A program made the position numbers and the translations under genes. Below, in pieces: positions 19,955-31,155 of a DNA stretch of 64,000 nt (its first letter is position 1; each line of letters begins with the position of its first letter). The stretch lies in contig JAHHIM010000036.1 in assembly GCA_019358915.1 (NCBI GenBank), positions 320,001 to 384,000 of the forward strand, given 5' to 3'. The DNA is from Trichormus sp. ATA11-4-KO1 (GTDB taxonomy: Bacteria > Cyanobacteriota > Cyanobacteriia > Cyanobacteriales > Nostocaceae). Under the pieces are notes generated by a model. The model made no database searches. It had not been told where the DNA came from and saw only the letters and a list, made by a program, of their open reading frames with translations.

Positions 19955-20869
19955 ATGTCGAGTATTTCTCAACTACTTACCCCGCATATCCAAGATTTAG
20001 GAGGGTTTGCAGCTCGTCGCAGTTTACCCCATGACGAGCGTATGATGGTCGGCCCGTTTATTTTCTTCGACCATTTGGGTCCTGTTATATTTCCTCCAGG
20101 TAAAGGGGTAGATGTGCGGCCTCATCCTCATATCAATCTGGCTACAGTAACTTATTTGTTTGAGGGGGTGTTGTTACATCGGGATAGTTTAGGTAATGTG
20201 CAAGAAATTCATCCCGGTGCAGTTAATTGGATGAGTGCGGGACGGGGTATCGTTCATTCTGAAAGAAGTCCCCAAAGCGATCGCCTCAAACAAAGCACTC
20301 TCCACGCCATTCAAACTTGGGTAGCTCTTCCCGAAGCACACGAAGACACTGAACCTTGGTTTTGCCATCATCCTGCTGAAGATATCCCGACTTGGACAGA
20401 AAACGGTGTCGCGATCGCTCTCATTGCGGGAGCAGCTTGGGGAAGGACTTCTCCAGTAAAAACCCTCTCTCCTACAATCTACCTCGATTTGTCTTTTGCT
20501 CCTGGAACTAAATTAAATCTCCCGGCTGACTATAGCGAAAGGGCAATTTATAGCGTTACGAAAGGTCTGTTTGTTGATGGTGAGGAGCTAAAAGAACATC
20601 AGTTAGCTATCTTATCTACAAATAGTATGGTAGAAATATCTGCTAATACTCAAGCTCGCTGTGTGGTTGTCGGTGGCGAACCTGTGGGAGATCGTCATAA
20701 GTGGTGGAATTTTGTTTCTAGTCGCCCCGAAAGGATAGAACAAGCTAAACATGATTGGCAAGAAAATAGATTTGCTCAAGTACCAGAAGAATCAGAATTT
20801 ATCCCCTTACCAAAGGATGCTTTTATAGCAAATGACAATGAATCGGATGCAGTACAGCCTTTAAGCTAA
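19955..20869 (+). CDS. Pirin family protein
   Basis: GPFIFFDH, PHPHINL, HRDSLG, WMSAGRGIVHSE, WWNFVSS motifs. Confidence 0.95.
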   Translation: MSSISQLLTPHIQDLGGFAARRSLPHDERMMVGPFIFFDHLGPVIFPPGKGVDVRPHPHINLATVTYLFEGVLLHRDSLGNVQEIHPGAVNWMSAGRGIVHSERSPQSDRLKQSTLHAIQTWVALPEAHEDTEPWFCHHPAEDIPTWTENGVAIALIAGAAWGRTSPVKTLSPTIYLDLSFAPGTKLNLPADYSERAIYSVTKGLFVDGEELKEHQLAILSTNSMVEISANTQARCVVVGGEPVGDRHKWWNFVSSRPERIEQAKHDWQENRFAQVPEESEFIPLPKDAFIANDNESDAVQPLS

Positions 20870-21349
20870 ATCAACAATCAACATTACTCGCGGTTAATCA
20901 CAAGAAAAGGCGATCGCTCTGCTCCAAAACTATGCAAAGATATTATCTTTACCTGAATTAATCTAATTGTGCCATGGAAATGCTTTGTACTTGATAATAG
21001 TTTTAATAAATAATACCTATGATTTAAGTATTATTTGGTATGTCGCTTATCCATAGACGCAGATTTACTGATCGTCAGACATCGCTGCACACAAACTTAA
21101 ATTGAGTCACTACCATTTATAAAAAAAACTGAATTGGGCACTACTCGCTGAGTAGCTACGTCACTTATCTTACTGTGCTAAGGCGGCTTCGGTTTCTCGA
21201 ATGCAAACATTTTCTGTGCATGGAATAAACAACTAACTACCAATTAACAAACCCTTTAGTAAGCATAGATGTTCCTAGATGATATGGCTAGTAAATTTCA
21301 TCACACAAGGATATGGTGGGCGTGGGGAGCTAACACATTATTTAAGGCT

Positions 21350-22534
21350 ATGAAATTACGTTACATTGTGCGATCGCTCAAGAATTTTTTGCCAATTCTA
21401 GGCTTAATATCATTTGTTACAGTAGTACTACTGAATAGTCTAAATCCGGCGATCGCCCAATTACCGCGTCAAGAGATTCGTGGGGTTTGGATCACCAACA
21501 ATGATTTTGACACCCTCAAGGAGCGCGCCAAAGTCCAAGAAGCCATGACTCAATTGCGGCGGCTCAACTTCAACACCATCTATCCTGTAGTGTGGAATTC
21601 TGGCTATGTGATGTATCCCAGTGCCGTAGCCCAACGTGCAGGTATCCAACCCTTTGTCTTTCGAGGCTCGGATGGACATGATATCCTCGCAGACTTAATT
21701 AACCAAGCTCATCGCCGGGGACTACTGGCAATTCCCTGGTTTGAGTTTGGTTTCATGGCTCCCCCAACATCAGAACTGGCCTTAAATTATCCAGAGTGGC
21801 TGACGCAAAAACAAGATGGTAGCCAAACCTCGATTAGTGCTGCTGGTGAGGTTGTATGGCTCAATCCCTTCCATCCGCAAGTACAGCAATTTATCACCAA
21901 TCTTGTTGTAGAAACTGTGACTCAATATGACATCGATGGGATTCAGTTTGACGATCATATGAGTTTGCCTCATGAATTTGGTTACGATCCATATACAGTC
22001 GCCTTGTACACCCAAGAAACCAATAATCGTCCCCCCAGTAATCCCCAAGATCAGGCATGGATACGCTGGCGGGCAGATAAAATCACGGCGTTCATGGTAC
22101 AACTCAATCAAGCTGTCAAGGCCAGAAAACCTAACGCAATTTTCTCTGTTTCTCCTAATTACTACGACTTTGCTTATAAGTTCCAACTCCAAGACTGGCT
22201 AGCTTGGATGCGGCAAAATATTGTAGATGAGCTAATTGTGCAGATATATCGTCCCGACCTGCAAAGCTTCGTGAATAATATTTCCCGCGCAGAAATTCAA
22301 GAATCCCAACAATTAATTCCCACAGGCATCGGTATTATGACAGGTCTACGAAATAGACCTGTTCCCATGGCACAAATTCAGTCCCAGGTAAGAGCTGCCC
22401 AAGTACGCGGCTTAGGTGTAACCTTCTTCTACTACGAAACCCTTTGGAACTCTGCCCCAGAACCTCCCAATCAGAGACTGGCCGGATTTCAAAGTCTCTT
22501 CCCTGCTCCCGCATTCCGCTCGGCGATGGAGTAA
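21350..22534 (+). CDS. Glycoside hydrolase-like 10 (DUF187) family protein, secreted
   Basis: Signal peptide; EIRGVW, NFNTIYPVVWNSG, WLNPFHPQVQQF, DIDGIQFDDH motifs. Confidence 0.9.
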   Translation: MKLRYIVRSLKNFLPILGLISFVTVVLLNSLNPAIAQLPRQEIRGVWITNNDFDTLKERAKVQEAMTQLRRLNFNTIYPVVWNSGYVMYPSAVAQRAGIQPFVFRGSDGHDILADLINQAHRRGLLAIPWFEFGFMAPPTSELALNYPEWLTQKQDGSQTSISAAGEVVWLNPFHPQVQQFITNLVVETVTQYDIDGIQFDDHMSLPHEFGYDPYTVALYTQETNNRPPSNPQDQAWIRWRADKITAFMVQLNQAVKARKPNAIFSVSPNYYDFAYKFQLQDWLAWMRQNIVDELIVQIYRPDLQSFVNNISRAEIQESQQLIPTGIGIMTGLRNRPVPMAQIQSQVRAAQVRGLGVTFFYYETLWNSAPEPPNQRLAGFQSLFPAPAFRSAME

Positions 22535-22588
22535 GGGGACAAGGGGAGATTACTAATATTAAGTTCTTTCTCCCCATCCCCCCATCTC
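22535..22588 (+). repeat. ~54-bp dispersed repeat with heptamer/nonamer flanks, copy 1
   Basis: Core GAGATTACTAATATTAAGTTCT recurs inverted at 57554-57606. Confidence 0.75.
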
Positions 22589-22589
22589 T

Positions 22590-24314
22590 CTACTCCCTAC
22601 TCCCCACTCCCATCACCTCCCTCGCCTGAAAACTTGTCTTCAGCATGGGGGTAATTGTCTCTGCGGGTGCAGGGCGACTGAAGTAGAAACCTTGACCTTC
22701 GTCACAACCGCGCTTTTGCAGATAGTTCAGCTGTTCTTGAGTTTCTACTCCTTCAGCAGTGATAGTTAAACGCAGGCTTTTGGCTAGGGCAATAATGGCA
22801 TCTGTCACTGCTGCGCTATCAGGATTGGACATTACATCCTGCACAAATGATCGGTCAATTTTAAGCATGTTAACAGGAAAGCGCTTCAAGTAGTTTAGGG
22901 AAGAATAGCCAGTACCGAAGTCGTCTAGAGCCAACGATATACCCAGTTCTCGTAATTCTTTTAAGGTTGTAATAGACCGATGAATATCAGTCATCAGGAA
23001 ACTTTCAGTAACTTCTAGTTCTAGATAAGACGCTTCCATTCCAGTATCTTCCAGGATTTGGCTGACTACCTGCACCAAATTCGGTTGTTCAAATTGTCGA
23101 GCTGATAGGTTCACTGATATCCGAATTGGGGGGAGTCCAGCAATTTGCCAAGCACGGTTTTGGGTACATGCAGTTCGTAAGACCCATTCACCAATTGGCA
23201 CAATTAAACCATTAGCTTCGGCAATGGGAATAAACTGGACTGGAGAAACCAAACCCCTGATGGGATGATGCCAGCGAACCAGCGCTTCTACAGCCTTTAC
23301 TTGTCTGCTGTGTAAATCAATTAGAGGTTGGTAATAAACCAGCATTTCTTGGCGCTCCAGGGCCCCATGTAATTCATTTTCTAATGCCAGTCGCTCTTGT
23401 AATTGAGCATTAATCTCAGGTGAATAGAATTGGTATTGACTACGCCCTTGCTGCTTTGCTTGGTACAAAGCTATCCGAGCCTGTTGCAAGAGTTGATCTA
23501 CTTCGTTACGGTCATTTAAGTCATTAATTGCAATACCAATACTGGCTGTGAGATGAATTTGGTTGCCCTCTAGAGAGAAGGATTTTGCTAAGGTACTCAG
23601 TAACAACTGGGACAGCTTAATTAAATTTTCAAAAGAAGGAATGCTTATCTGGGCGATCGCAAATTCATCTTCGCTTAAACGAGCCAAAACATCTGTTTGA
23701 GATATGCAGGTTGTTAAACGCTGGGCAACTGATCTTAATAGTAAATTTGATATTTCCGGCTCTAACGCATTATTCATACCAGTAAAATCATCTATATTCA
23801 CCAAAAACACAGCTACTAGCTTTTGGCTATTCTGAGGTTGAGATAGAGTTTGCAACAGGCGATCGCGAAACATGCACTTATTGGGTAATCCAGTCAAGTC
23901 ATCATAGTTACTGATATAGTGAATTAATTCATTTAGTTTGTGGAGAGTCTGTGAAGTATCGGCCATCAGCGTGCCTGCTTCATCGGCAAATTGTGTGGGT
24001 AGTTCAGGTAATGTTTTCGTGTTCAGGTAGTTTTGCAATGCGCCAGATGTCAAAATGACCGGGGCCAGTAGGAGGCGTAGTGCATAGAGGGTGGCTGCTG
24101 TGCCCAATAACGTCGCCAACAACGCAATTCCCAAGACTTGTATCGCCATCTCTAAAGAATAGGAGTTGGAAATAACAAAACTACAAAGTAAGGTCAGAAG
24201 TGGTACATGAGTGCCGACAAATGCCACCAACATGATTTTGGCGGTGTAACTTTCCTTGAGTAATCGAATACTGGCTAGGAATGAATACAAGTCAAGGTTG
24301 TGATTGATCTGCAT
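22590..24314 (-). CDS. Membrane-anchored GGDEF(degenerate)-EAL c-di-GMP phosphodiesterase
   Basis: Two TM helices; DDLTGLPN; SEDEF in place of GGDEF; intact EAL, ELEVTE, DDFGTGYSS, KIDRSF, AEGVE. Confidence 0.92.
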   Translation of the reverse strand: MQINHNLDLYSFLASIRLLKESYTAKIMLVAFVGTHVPLLTLLCSFVISNSYSLEMAIQVLGIALLATLLGTAATLYALRLLLAPVILTSGALQNYLNTKTLPELPTQFADEAGTLMADTSQTLHKLNELIHYISNYDDLTGLPNKCMFRDRLLQTLSQPQNSQKLVAVFLVNIDDFTGMNNALEPEISNLLLRSVAQRLTTCISQTDVLARLSEDEFAIAQISIPSFENLIKLSQLLLSTLAKSFSLEGNQIHLTASIGIAINDLNDRNEVDQLLQQARIALYQAKQQGRSQYQFYSPEINAQLQERLALENELHGALERQEMLVYYQPLIDLHSRQVKAVEALVRWHHPIRGLVSPVQFIPIAEANGLIVPIGEWVLRTACTQNRAWQIAGLPPIRISVNLSARQFEQPNLVQVVSQILEDTGMEASYLELEVTESFLMTDIHRSITTLKELRELGISLALDDFGTGYSSLNYLKRFPVNMLKIDRSFVQDVMSNPDSAAVTDAIIALAKSLRLTITAEGVETQEQLNYLQKRGCDEGQGFYFSRPAPAETITPMLKTSFQAREVMGVGSRE

Positions 24315-24593
24315 AGATTTTGTGTGAGGATTGAGAGTTGACAAATTGGTGATCAGGTATCCTGGCAAAAGGGTATTTTTGATTCACAATCGAGCGACAT
24401 TAATTTCCGTAATTATAAAATAATTTCTAGTTATATATTATGCCTATTAACAATAGTTTTTACGTACACAGATAACGATATAGTTTCGATAAAGCTTGCT
24501 CTATAAATGATTTAACTATTTAAGTTCTTATTAGTATAAACACTTATTTATGTATAAAGAGTGTATGATTATTTTTTTAAGGGATGCGAGTAA

Positions 24594-26246
24594 ATGCAAA
24601 TAGCTCAAAAATGGTTAGTTCAAAAAACTAATCAGTCAATGCTTTGTTTGCTGGTTGGGGGACTGCTGTTTCGAGGCTTTTTAGCTTTCTGGCTTTACCC
24701 TACCTTTGATGAAGCTTATTACTATCTCTACAGCCTGCATTTAGATTGGAGCTATTTCGATCATCCAGTGATGGTAGCTCTGACAACTGGTTTTGGCCCC
24801 TGGTTAACTGGAGTTGTTTCCCAGTTCACAATTCGCCTGGGAGCGCTGATTTGTTACACAGGCAGTTTGGTGCTATTGTATTTGGCTAGCCAGAAATTAT
24901 TCTCTGTCAAAGCTGCCAACTTTACTCTAGCGATCGCAACTATCAGTCCCATTTTTCTCGTTGGCTTTGGTGTGCTCAGTCTCCCCGACAGTCCACTGAT
25001 ATTATTTTGGTCAGCCAGTTTATATTGTGCAGCCGATGAATTTTTTCGCCAGCCGAGAACTCCAAAACACAGTCTGTTACAGAATGAATTGTACTTACCC
25101 AGTTACCGTTTAGCCATTCTGGGGATATTGGTAGGATTAGCCTGTTTAAGCAAATATCATGGTTTTGTTTTAGGCTTCGGGCTAGTTGGTTTTTGTTTAA
25201 CAAGTCCACGTCATCGTTGTGTTCTGCTTTCCCCTTGGGCTTGGCTAAGTTTAGGCTTATTTATGCTCACCATCTGCCCCATTGTGTTTTGGAATCTACA
25301 GCATGATTGGGTATCCCTACGTTTTCAGTCAGAGCGTGCAGTTCCCAAGAGTGGCTACAGCCTGCTGAGTGTAGGCGCTGTCTGTTTAGCTGAGGTAGCT
25401 TTTTTGTGCCCAACCATAGGATTGCCGCTTTGGTGGGTAAATTTGCGAGTAGCTCACGTTAAAATAATTCAAGTTTTTTCTCAGAAATCACGAACCTATG
25501 GCAGAGATTTAGCAGACGCTGAACTATTGATTGCATGGCTATCTTTACCCCTAACTTTAGGGTTCACTCTCATGGGAGGATATCGGCAAATTTTACCAGC
25601 TTGGGCGATGCCAGGATTTTGGGGGGCAACTTTGCTGTTAGGACAACAAGCAATTATCTGGGAACAGCAATCTCGACGTTGGGTGCGGCGGTGGCTCTTA
25701 GGTTCGGGGCTGATGGTTGGTAGCATTTTACTGATTGCCTTACTCCAAGTGACCACAGGAATCTTCCAAAAACCCAGCCAATACGCCCTCATGGGAGGAT
25801 TTTTATCCCCCAAAGATGACCCCTCCACAGAATTAATTGATATTCAGCAATTACGGCGTGGCTTTGTTGAATCTCCTGTGTTGCGGGCGGCGCTACAGAA
25901 CTCCAGCTTTATATTTACCAATCGCTATTACCTGGGCGGCCCGATTGCCATGTCCCTTAAACCCATAGCTGACACACCAATTACTTGCTTTGATATTGGT
26001 CAGGATTTACGTGGCTTTGCTTTCTGGTCAAAAGCCGACCAATGGCTGGGAGAAGACGCACTCTACATTACTACTGCCGCTTTTGAGAAAAGAGAGGACT
26101 TAATGGCTAGCTATCGAACTCACTTTAGCAGCTTGACTGAGATGGCAACGATACCAATTAGCCGGGGTGGGGTAGAGGTTAATGTCATTCATGTTTACCA
26201 AGCTAAGACACTTCTTCAGCCTTATCCTCGGTCTTACGGAATTTAA
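24594..26246 (+). CDS. GT39/ArnT-like membrane glycosyltransferase
   Basis: DEAYYY...LDWSYFDHP, PDSPL, LSKYHG motifs; many TM segments. Confidence 0.9.
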   Translation: MQIAQKWLVQKTNQSMLCLLVGGLLFRGFLAFWLYPTFDEAYYYLYSLHLDWSYFDHPVMVALTTGFGPWLTGVVSQFTIRLGALICYTGSLVLLYLASQKLFSVKAANFTLAIATISPIFLVGFGVLSLPDSPLILFWSASLYCAADEFFRQPRTPKHSLLQNELYLPSYRLAILGILVGLACLSKYHGFVLGFGLVGFCLTSPRHRCVLLSPWAWLSLGLFMLTICPIVFWNLQHDWVSLRFQSERAVPKSGYSLLSVGAVCLAEVAFLCPTIGLPLWWVNLRVAHVKIIQVFSQKSRTYGRDLADAELLIAWLSLPLTLGFTLMGGYRQILPAWAMPGFWGATLLLGQQAIIWEQQSRRWVRRWLLGSGLMVGSILLIALLQVTTGIFQKPSQYALMGGFLSPKDDPSTELIDIQQLRRGFVESPVLRAALQNSSFIFTNRYYLGGPIAMSLKPIADTPITCFDIGQDLRGFAFWSKADQWLGEDALYITTAAFEKREDLMASYRTHFSSLTEMATIPISRGGVEVNVIHVYQAKTLLQPYPRSYGI

Positions 26247-26363
26247 CAAAGGAAGAAGGAAGAAGTCTTCTTTCTTCTTGCCAAATTGGTTTAAATCCCC
26301 ACTTCGACAGGTGATACAGTGAGCCTGTAGAACTGCTCAGTGACCACCACCAATTTTCCTTCT

Positions 26364-27875
26364 TTAACCCAAAAACAGCTTGTATGCGGGATTCTGGCTT
26401 TCATCCCAATAACGGTAGCCGAGAGTATCAAGAAATGCCTGCCATTCCTGCATCTCGTGGGGAGGTACTTGCATCCCCACGACAATCCGCCCATAATCTG
26501 CGCCGTTGTTGCGGTAGTGGAACATACTGATATTCCAGTTGGGACTCATGGAACCAACAAATTTCATTAATGCCCCAGGACGTTCAGGAAACTCAAAACG
26601 ATAAAGCAACTCGTTATGAGCCAGGGGGGAATGTCCACCAACCATGTGTCGCAGGTGTAATTTGGTGAGTTCATCATCTGTTAAATCAATGGTTTTGAAA
26701 CCACAATTTTCAAAAGTTTCCACCATCTTGACTGCATCGGCACGGTTTTCAATTTGCACACCTACGAAAATATGAGCTTCTTTTTCATCGGCAATGCGAT
26801 AGTTAAACTCTGTGAGATTGCGTTTGCCAATACATTCACAAAACTTACGCAGACTACCCTGTTTTTCTGGAATTGCCACAGCAAAGATGGCTTCGCGGCG
26901 TTCGCCGAACTCTGCTCGTTCTGCGACAAAGCGGAGACGATCAAAATTCATGTTGGCACCACAGGCCACGGCGATTAATGTTTGTCCCTGGATTTGTTCT
27001 CGTTCGACATAGGCTTTAGCAGCTGCGATCGCTAAAGCACCGGCTGGTTCTAAAATTGATCGTGTATCTTCAAATACATCTTTAATGGCAGCACAGGTAT
27101 CATCTGTATCAACCAAAATTATTTCATCCACATAGTTCTGGCATAGACGAAAAGTTTCTTCACCTACTTCCCGCACCGCCACGCCGTCAGCAAATAAGCC
27201 CACCTGGGACAATCTCACGCGCTGTCCGGCTTTCAGCGATTGATACATAGCATCGGCATCTACTGGCTCAACACCGATAATTTTGATTTCCGGACGCAAC
27301 CGTTTGACATAAGCCGCAATCCCAGAAATCAAACCACCACCCCCAATGGCTACAAAAATTGCATGGATGGGTTGCTGATACTGCCGTAAAATTTCCATGC
27401 CAATTGTCCCCTGTCCAGCAATCACATCTGGATCATCAAAGGGGTGAATAAAAGTTAATCCCTTTTCTGCCTCCAGTTGACGAGCATAAGTATAAGCATC
27501 ATCGTAGGTATTCCCAGATAAAACCACCTCTCCCCCCCTAGCTTTGACGGCATCTACCTTTACTTGAGGTGTCGTTACTGGCATGACGATAATTGCTCGT
27601 GTTCCTAATCGACTAGCCGCAAGGGCCACACCTTGGGCATGGTTTCCCGCAGATGCTGCAATCACACCCTGCGCTAGTAAATCAGGTGACAGGTTCACCA
27701 TCTTGTTATAAGCACCGCGCAGTTTAAAAGAAAATACTGACTGCATATCTTCTCGCTTCAGCAGCAGTTGATTATTCAGTCGTGTAGAAAGGTTGGGAGC
27801 GTACTCCAATGGTGTTTCCTGGGCAACATCATACACACGGGCAGTTAGGATTTGTACCAGGTAGTCGCAATACAT
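26364..27875 (-). CDS. ilvA: Threonine ammonia-lyase, biosynthetic
   Basis: KREDMQSVFSFKLRGAYN, ASAGNHAQG, two C-terminal regulatory repeats (FPERPGAL). Confidence 0.97.
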   Translation of the reverse strand: MYCDYLVQILTARVYDVAQETPLEYAPNLSTRLNNQLLLKREDMQSVFSFKLRGAYNKMVNLSPDLLAQGVIAASAGNHAQGVALAASRLGTRAIIVMPVTTPQVKVDAVKARGGEVVLSGNTYDDAYTYARQLEAEKGLTFIHPFDDPDVIAGQGTIGMEILRQYQQPIHAIFVAIGGGGLISGIAAYVKRLRPEIKIIGVEPVDADAMYQSLKAGQRVRLSQVGLFADGVAVREVGEETFRLCQNYVDEIILVDTDDTCAAIKDVFEDTRSILEPAGALAIAAAKAYVEREQIQGQTLIAVACGANMNFDRLRFVAERAEFGERREAIFAVAIPEKQGSLRKFCECIGKRNLTEFNYRIADEKEAHIFVGVQIENRADAVKMVETFENCGFKTIDLTDDELTKLHLRHMVGGHSPLAHNELLYRFEFPERPGALMKFVGSMSPNWNISMFHYRNNGADYGRIVVGMQVPPHEMQEWQAFLDTLGYRYWDESQNPAYKLFLG

Positions 27876-27921
27876 GGGGTTAACAGGTGGGCCAATTTGG
27901 GATGGATGTTAATTTTACCGC

Positions 27922-28062
27922 TAGTTGTTTACTTGTTTTGCAGACATTTTTTGCTGCCGAGGAAGAATTATCCTTTTTCCATTCTTCTGGATTTGTGTAG
28001 ACCCACAGTATGGACATTGCACAGTAGATGACCTCAATTCATCTCTCTGATTATGCAACGCC
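27922..28062 (-). mobile_element. IS1-family left-end remnant
   Basis: End GGCGTTGCATAATC followed by GTG-start MQCPYCGSTQIQKNGKR (InsA zinc-ribbon N-terminus), then decays. Confidence 0.7.
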
Positions 28063-28080
28063 GTAATTTTTAGTTAAATG

Positions 28081-28107
28081 AAAATCCCACGCCTTCAAGG
28101 CGTGGGA
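28081..28107 (-). terminator. Rho-independent terminator of psaI
   Basis: TCCCACGCCTT-C-AAGGCGTGGGA hairpin followed by TTTT on the minus strand, 14 nt after the psaI stop. Confidence 0.7.
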
Positions 28108-28121
28108 AATCAATCAACTAA

Positions 28122-28232
28122 TTAGGCGATATCGTCGCGTTCGATGTATAGCAACAAAAACGCCATTGTCACTGCTGGAAAAACTAGCCCAGTCAGAGGC
28201 ACAAAAATGGAAGGCAAAAATGAAGCTGCCAT
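28122..28232 (-). CDS. psaI: Photosystem I subunit VIII
   Basis: Manual translation [36 protein letters not shown] (36 aa), below the ORF-track cutoff. Confidence 0.93.
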   Translation of the reverse strand: MAASFLPSIFVPLTGLVFPAVTMAFLLLYIERDDIA

Positions 28233-28342
28233 AGTTAACTTTCCTAATAATTTAGACAATCCTCGAAAACGAGCTTACTGCAAATTGCAGCTGATTTTTT
28301 AAATTCTCAAGATTTTTAACACAGCTCCTATATGATGGGTGT

Positions 28343-30973
28343 TCACATCCCCAATAATTCATCTAGCAAATTCGGCAAGTCTGGAGGAATCACAGTCCGC
28401 ACCACTGTGACTTTGTGACTTTCCTGTTGGGTAACCTGATGAAAAGCGATCGCCTCCAAGCGAATTTCCAAACAGCCAAAGGGAATGTTTAATTGAGTCA
28501 TCACCTCTAAATTGCCCAAGGGGTTAGGTAATAAATCTGTCAGCAAATGAGGGCCATCTAGCAACCAACGAGTATGGCAATCTTCAACCCATAACTTGAC
28601 AACTACTTGTGGGTATCCTGCAGGTAGCTCTGCCCGCACTCTGACAGATGTACCAGCAATTAGTTCACCTTCTGGCACATGCAATTGCGGAATGGGCAAA
28701 GGCTCAACGATTCCCCCATCTATTGGTGGAGAATTTGATGTATCTATGATTGCTTGGTTTTTTTGTTCACACAAGCCGCTTGCTTTCACATCCACTGACA
28801 CGTCAGTATATGTATCATCTACAACAATTTCTTGTGCCAACCAAGTAGATGGAGTTTGGAGATCATCAGTAGGCGGTAGTTGTGATTCTGGAGAAGGTGA
28901 TACAGAACTTTCTTCTAATCGATTTTCTGCCCCTGTGTCTTCCAATGTTTCCATTTCCTTTACCACCGCCATAGCTGCACTCACCGTTCGCGTAATGTCC
29001 CCCAGTCCAGGTATTGCCTCTGCTGCAATCTCCGTTGCAACATCTAGGTTTAATGGTGAGTCAATATCAACAGTTGGCGTTGAAAGGGGAGGCTGTTTAT
29101 CAGGTATATTCTGCTGATCTAGAATATCAATAATAGATTCAGGTAGGGAATAACCTTGACTCTGCATCCATTTTCTAATTAGGGGAGATGAGTAGAGATG
29201 ACTCTCTGTGTTTAATTCTAAACTTGGTGGAACAGATTCTTCTTGTGCTTCCGCAGCATTAATTAATTCTAAATTTGATAAGACAGTTACCTCTGCCTCC
29301 AAGTCATCCTGGGATTGAGAATCACCAGTTAATAATTCAAGTGTATTTTCATCGTCAGCGACAGTTGTATCCATTTGCCGGGAATCCTCAACATCTGGAA
29401 ACTCCGACGCCTGACTTTCTAATGCCATTGTTTCCTCAGGCAAGGCTTTGAGACGTTTTAAGTAGGGAAAAATGCTGCCAAGCATTGGCACTCGATGATG
29501 CCTGATCACAAGCTGCGCTAAGTTAATGGGGGCGATGGCAGCTACAGTTTCATCCTTCTCTACGGGCGGCTCTTGTTCCGGAGTGGACTTTGTCACCACA
29601 TCAGCAGTGGCTATTGCTGGATTTTGGTTTTCAGGTAGCTTCGGCAGTTGTGGCAAACGAGAATCAGCTGATTTATTTAGCTTCGACACTCGTAGTGCGG
29701 TTTCTTCTATATCTCGCGAATTAATTGACAGTGTTAAGGATTTGTTGAGGGAAGTATGGACAAGCTGAGAATGGTCTCTTTGTGCAGTTTTCGCCAGGTT
29801 GAAAAGCCCTAAATCGATACTAATAGTTTTTGCTGGTTCTGGAGAATCATCAGCCGCATTTGGTGGTGAGCTAGGGTGATCTAATAAATTTGGTTGACTA
29901 GATTTGGCTGCGGCTGTAACTGCTAGTAATTCGGTCACATCTGCTGTAATTGTGAAAGACTTGCTAGCTAACAGAATTACTTCACCAAAATGAGTGAATG
30001 CGCCATACAAACTGATATCTGCCAAAATCAGTTTGGATTCCCAGTCAAGAGGAATATTAATTGCTGAACTGATGCTCAAGGGCAACGAGCTATCTGGTAA
30101 AGGCTGTCGAACCTGGGTGAAAATTTTTGACCCTAAGGGCGATCGCAATTCAATTAATAATTCTAGGTCATGGAGGCTTTCTGGGTACGGTGGCTTACCT
30201 GCCAGAATCTTGTTTTGTAGCTCCACATGCCCATTAATAGTGAGTACTTGTCCCCAACGAGCAATGTAGGTTTCCTGATCTAGAGTCAGCAGTAGTAGAG
30301 GTTCTGGTCGTATAGCTGAAAACTCCTCGACTTTGTCATTCTCTAGCAGGGTTTCAGAAGTGGGTAGAGCTACCTCCATTAAATTTTGTAAAATCTGCTC
30401 TGCCGTTTCACCTTTAAGCCAGACTGGGTTAACAGGCTGATCGATAACTGTCTCTTCCACTACTGTTGGCGTTGGTAAATCGGTAGTAGCTGGGTTGCTT
30501 TGTACAGTAGGTGTAGGTTCTATTGCAATTGGGGATATCAAGTTGCCATCAGCAACAGCATTCGGGTGTTCTGGCAAAACAACATTCTCCCCCGACCCCA
30601 ATTGACTCCATGATCCATTGATTTCCTGGGGCAAGACTTGTATGTGGATACTGTATTGCCATGAATTACCAAAAAGATCCGACATCAAATCCCCAGAGCA
30701 TTGCAATTCCCAAATTCCCGGCTTGAGGTGGGTAAAGGGAATTACCGCCATTAAACCTTCCGAGTTAGTGCGCCGCGATCGCTTCTGAATTCGCCGCTTC
30801 GGGGGAATTTCTTGAATTGAGGAGTGAGTTACCCGTATTTCCACATCCGTATTCCGTAGGTGAGAACGAGCCAAAACTCTGTACCGACCTTCCGAAATTT
30901 CTAAATTTGGCGATTCCAGGTTATGCCAAGAGCGATCGCCCTGTTTCTGTATTAGAAATTGCCAGTGTTCCAT
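28343..30973 (-). CDS. Large acidic hypothetical protein
   Basis: 876-aa ORF; globular-looking termini separated by low-complexity P/S/E/D-rich linkers. Confidence 0.85.
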   Translation of the reverse strand: MEHWQFLIQKQGDRSWHNLESPNLEISEGRYRVLARSHLRNTDVEIRVTHSSIQEIPPKRRIQKRSRRTNSEGLMAVIPFTHLKPGIWELQCSGDLMSDLFGNSWQYSIHIQVLPQEINGSWSQLGSGENVVLPEHPNAVADGNLISPIAIEPTPTVQSNPATTDLPTPTVVEETVIDQPVNPVWLKGETAEQILQNLMEVALPTSETLLENDKVEEFSAIRPEPLLLLTLDQETYIARWGQVLTINGHVELQNKILAGKPPYPESLHDLELLIELRSPLGSKIFTQVRQPLPDSSLPLSISSAINIPLDWESKLILADISLYGAFTHFGEVILLASKSFTITADVTELLAVTAAAKSSQPNLLDHPSSPPNAADDSPEPAKTISIDLGLFNLAKTAQRDHSQLVHTSLNKSLTLSINSRDIEETALRVSKLNKSADSRLPQLPKLPENQNPAIATADVVTKSTPEQEPPVEKDETVAAIAPINLAQLVIRHHRVPMLGSIFPYLKRLKALPEETMALESQASEFPDVEDSRQMDTTVADDENTLELLTGDSQSQDDLEAEVTVLSNLELINAAEAQEESVPPSLELNTESHLYSSPLIRKWMQSQGYSLPESIIDILDQQNIPDKQPPLSTPTVDIDSPLNLDVATEIAAEAIPGLGDITRTVSAAMAVVKEMETLEDTGAENRLEESSVSPSPESQLPPTDDLQTPSTWLAQEIVVDDTYTDVSVDVKASGLCEQKNQAIIDTSNSPPIDGGIVEPLPIPQLHVPEGELIAGTSVRVRAELPAGYPQVVVKLWVEDCHTRWLLDGPHLLTDLLPNPLGNLEVMTQLNIPFGCLEIRLEAIAFHQVTQQESHKVTVVRTVIPPDLPNLLDELLGM

Positions 30974-31155
30974 TGTGAGTGATGCCCAGACCGAGGAGCA
31001 GCTGAGTAAGATTGTGCATTACTTTGCTTGCAAGTTTACCTTAGCAACTCGTAATTGCATCAGCCACATTGGCAGGACTTAGATAAATTTACCCAATAAA
31101 CATAATATAGGGACGAGCAAATTAACCTCATCCCCATCAATTGCCAGTATGAAAT

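Noticed and set aside
28085..28117. IS200/IS605 (TnpB) right-end hairpin
   Set aside because: It superficially resembles such ends, but its position just after the psaI stop with a T-run explains it as a terminator; no tnpB nearby.
28596..29117. Longer antisense ORFs (also 8966-9448, 39125-39619, 50217-50594)
   Set aside because: Shadow frames opposite well-supported genes.
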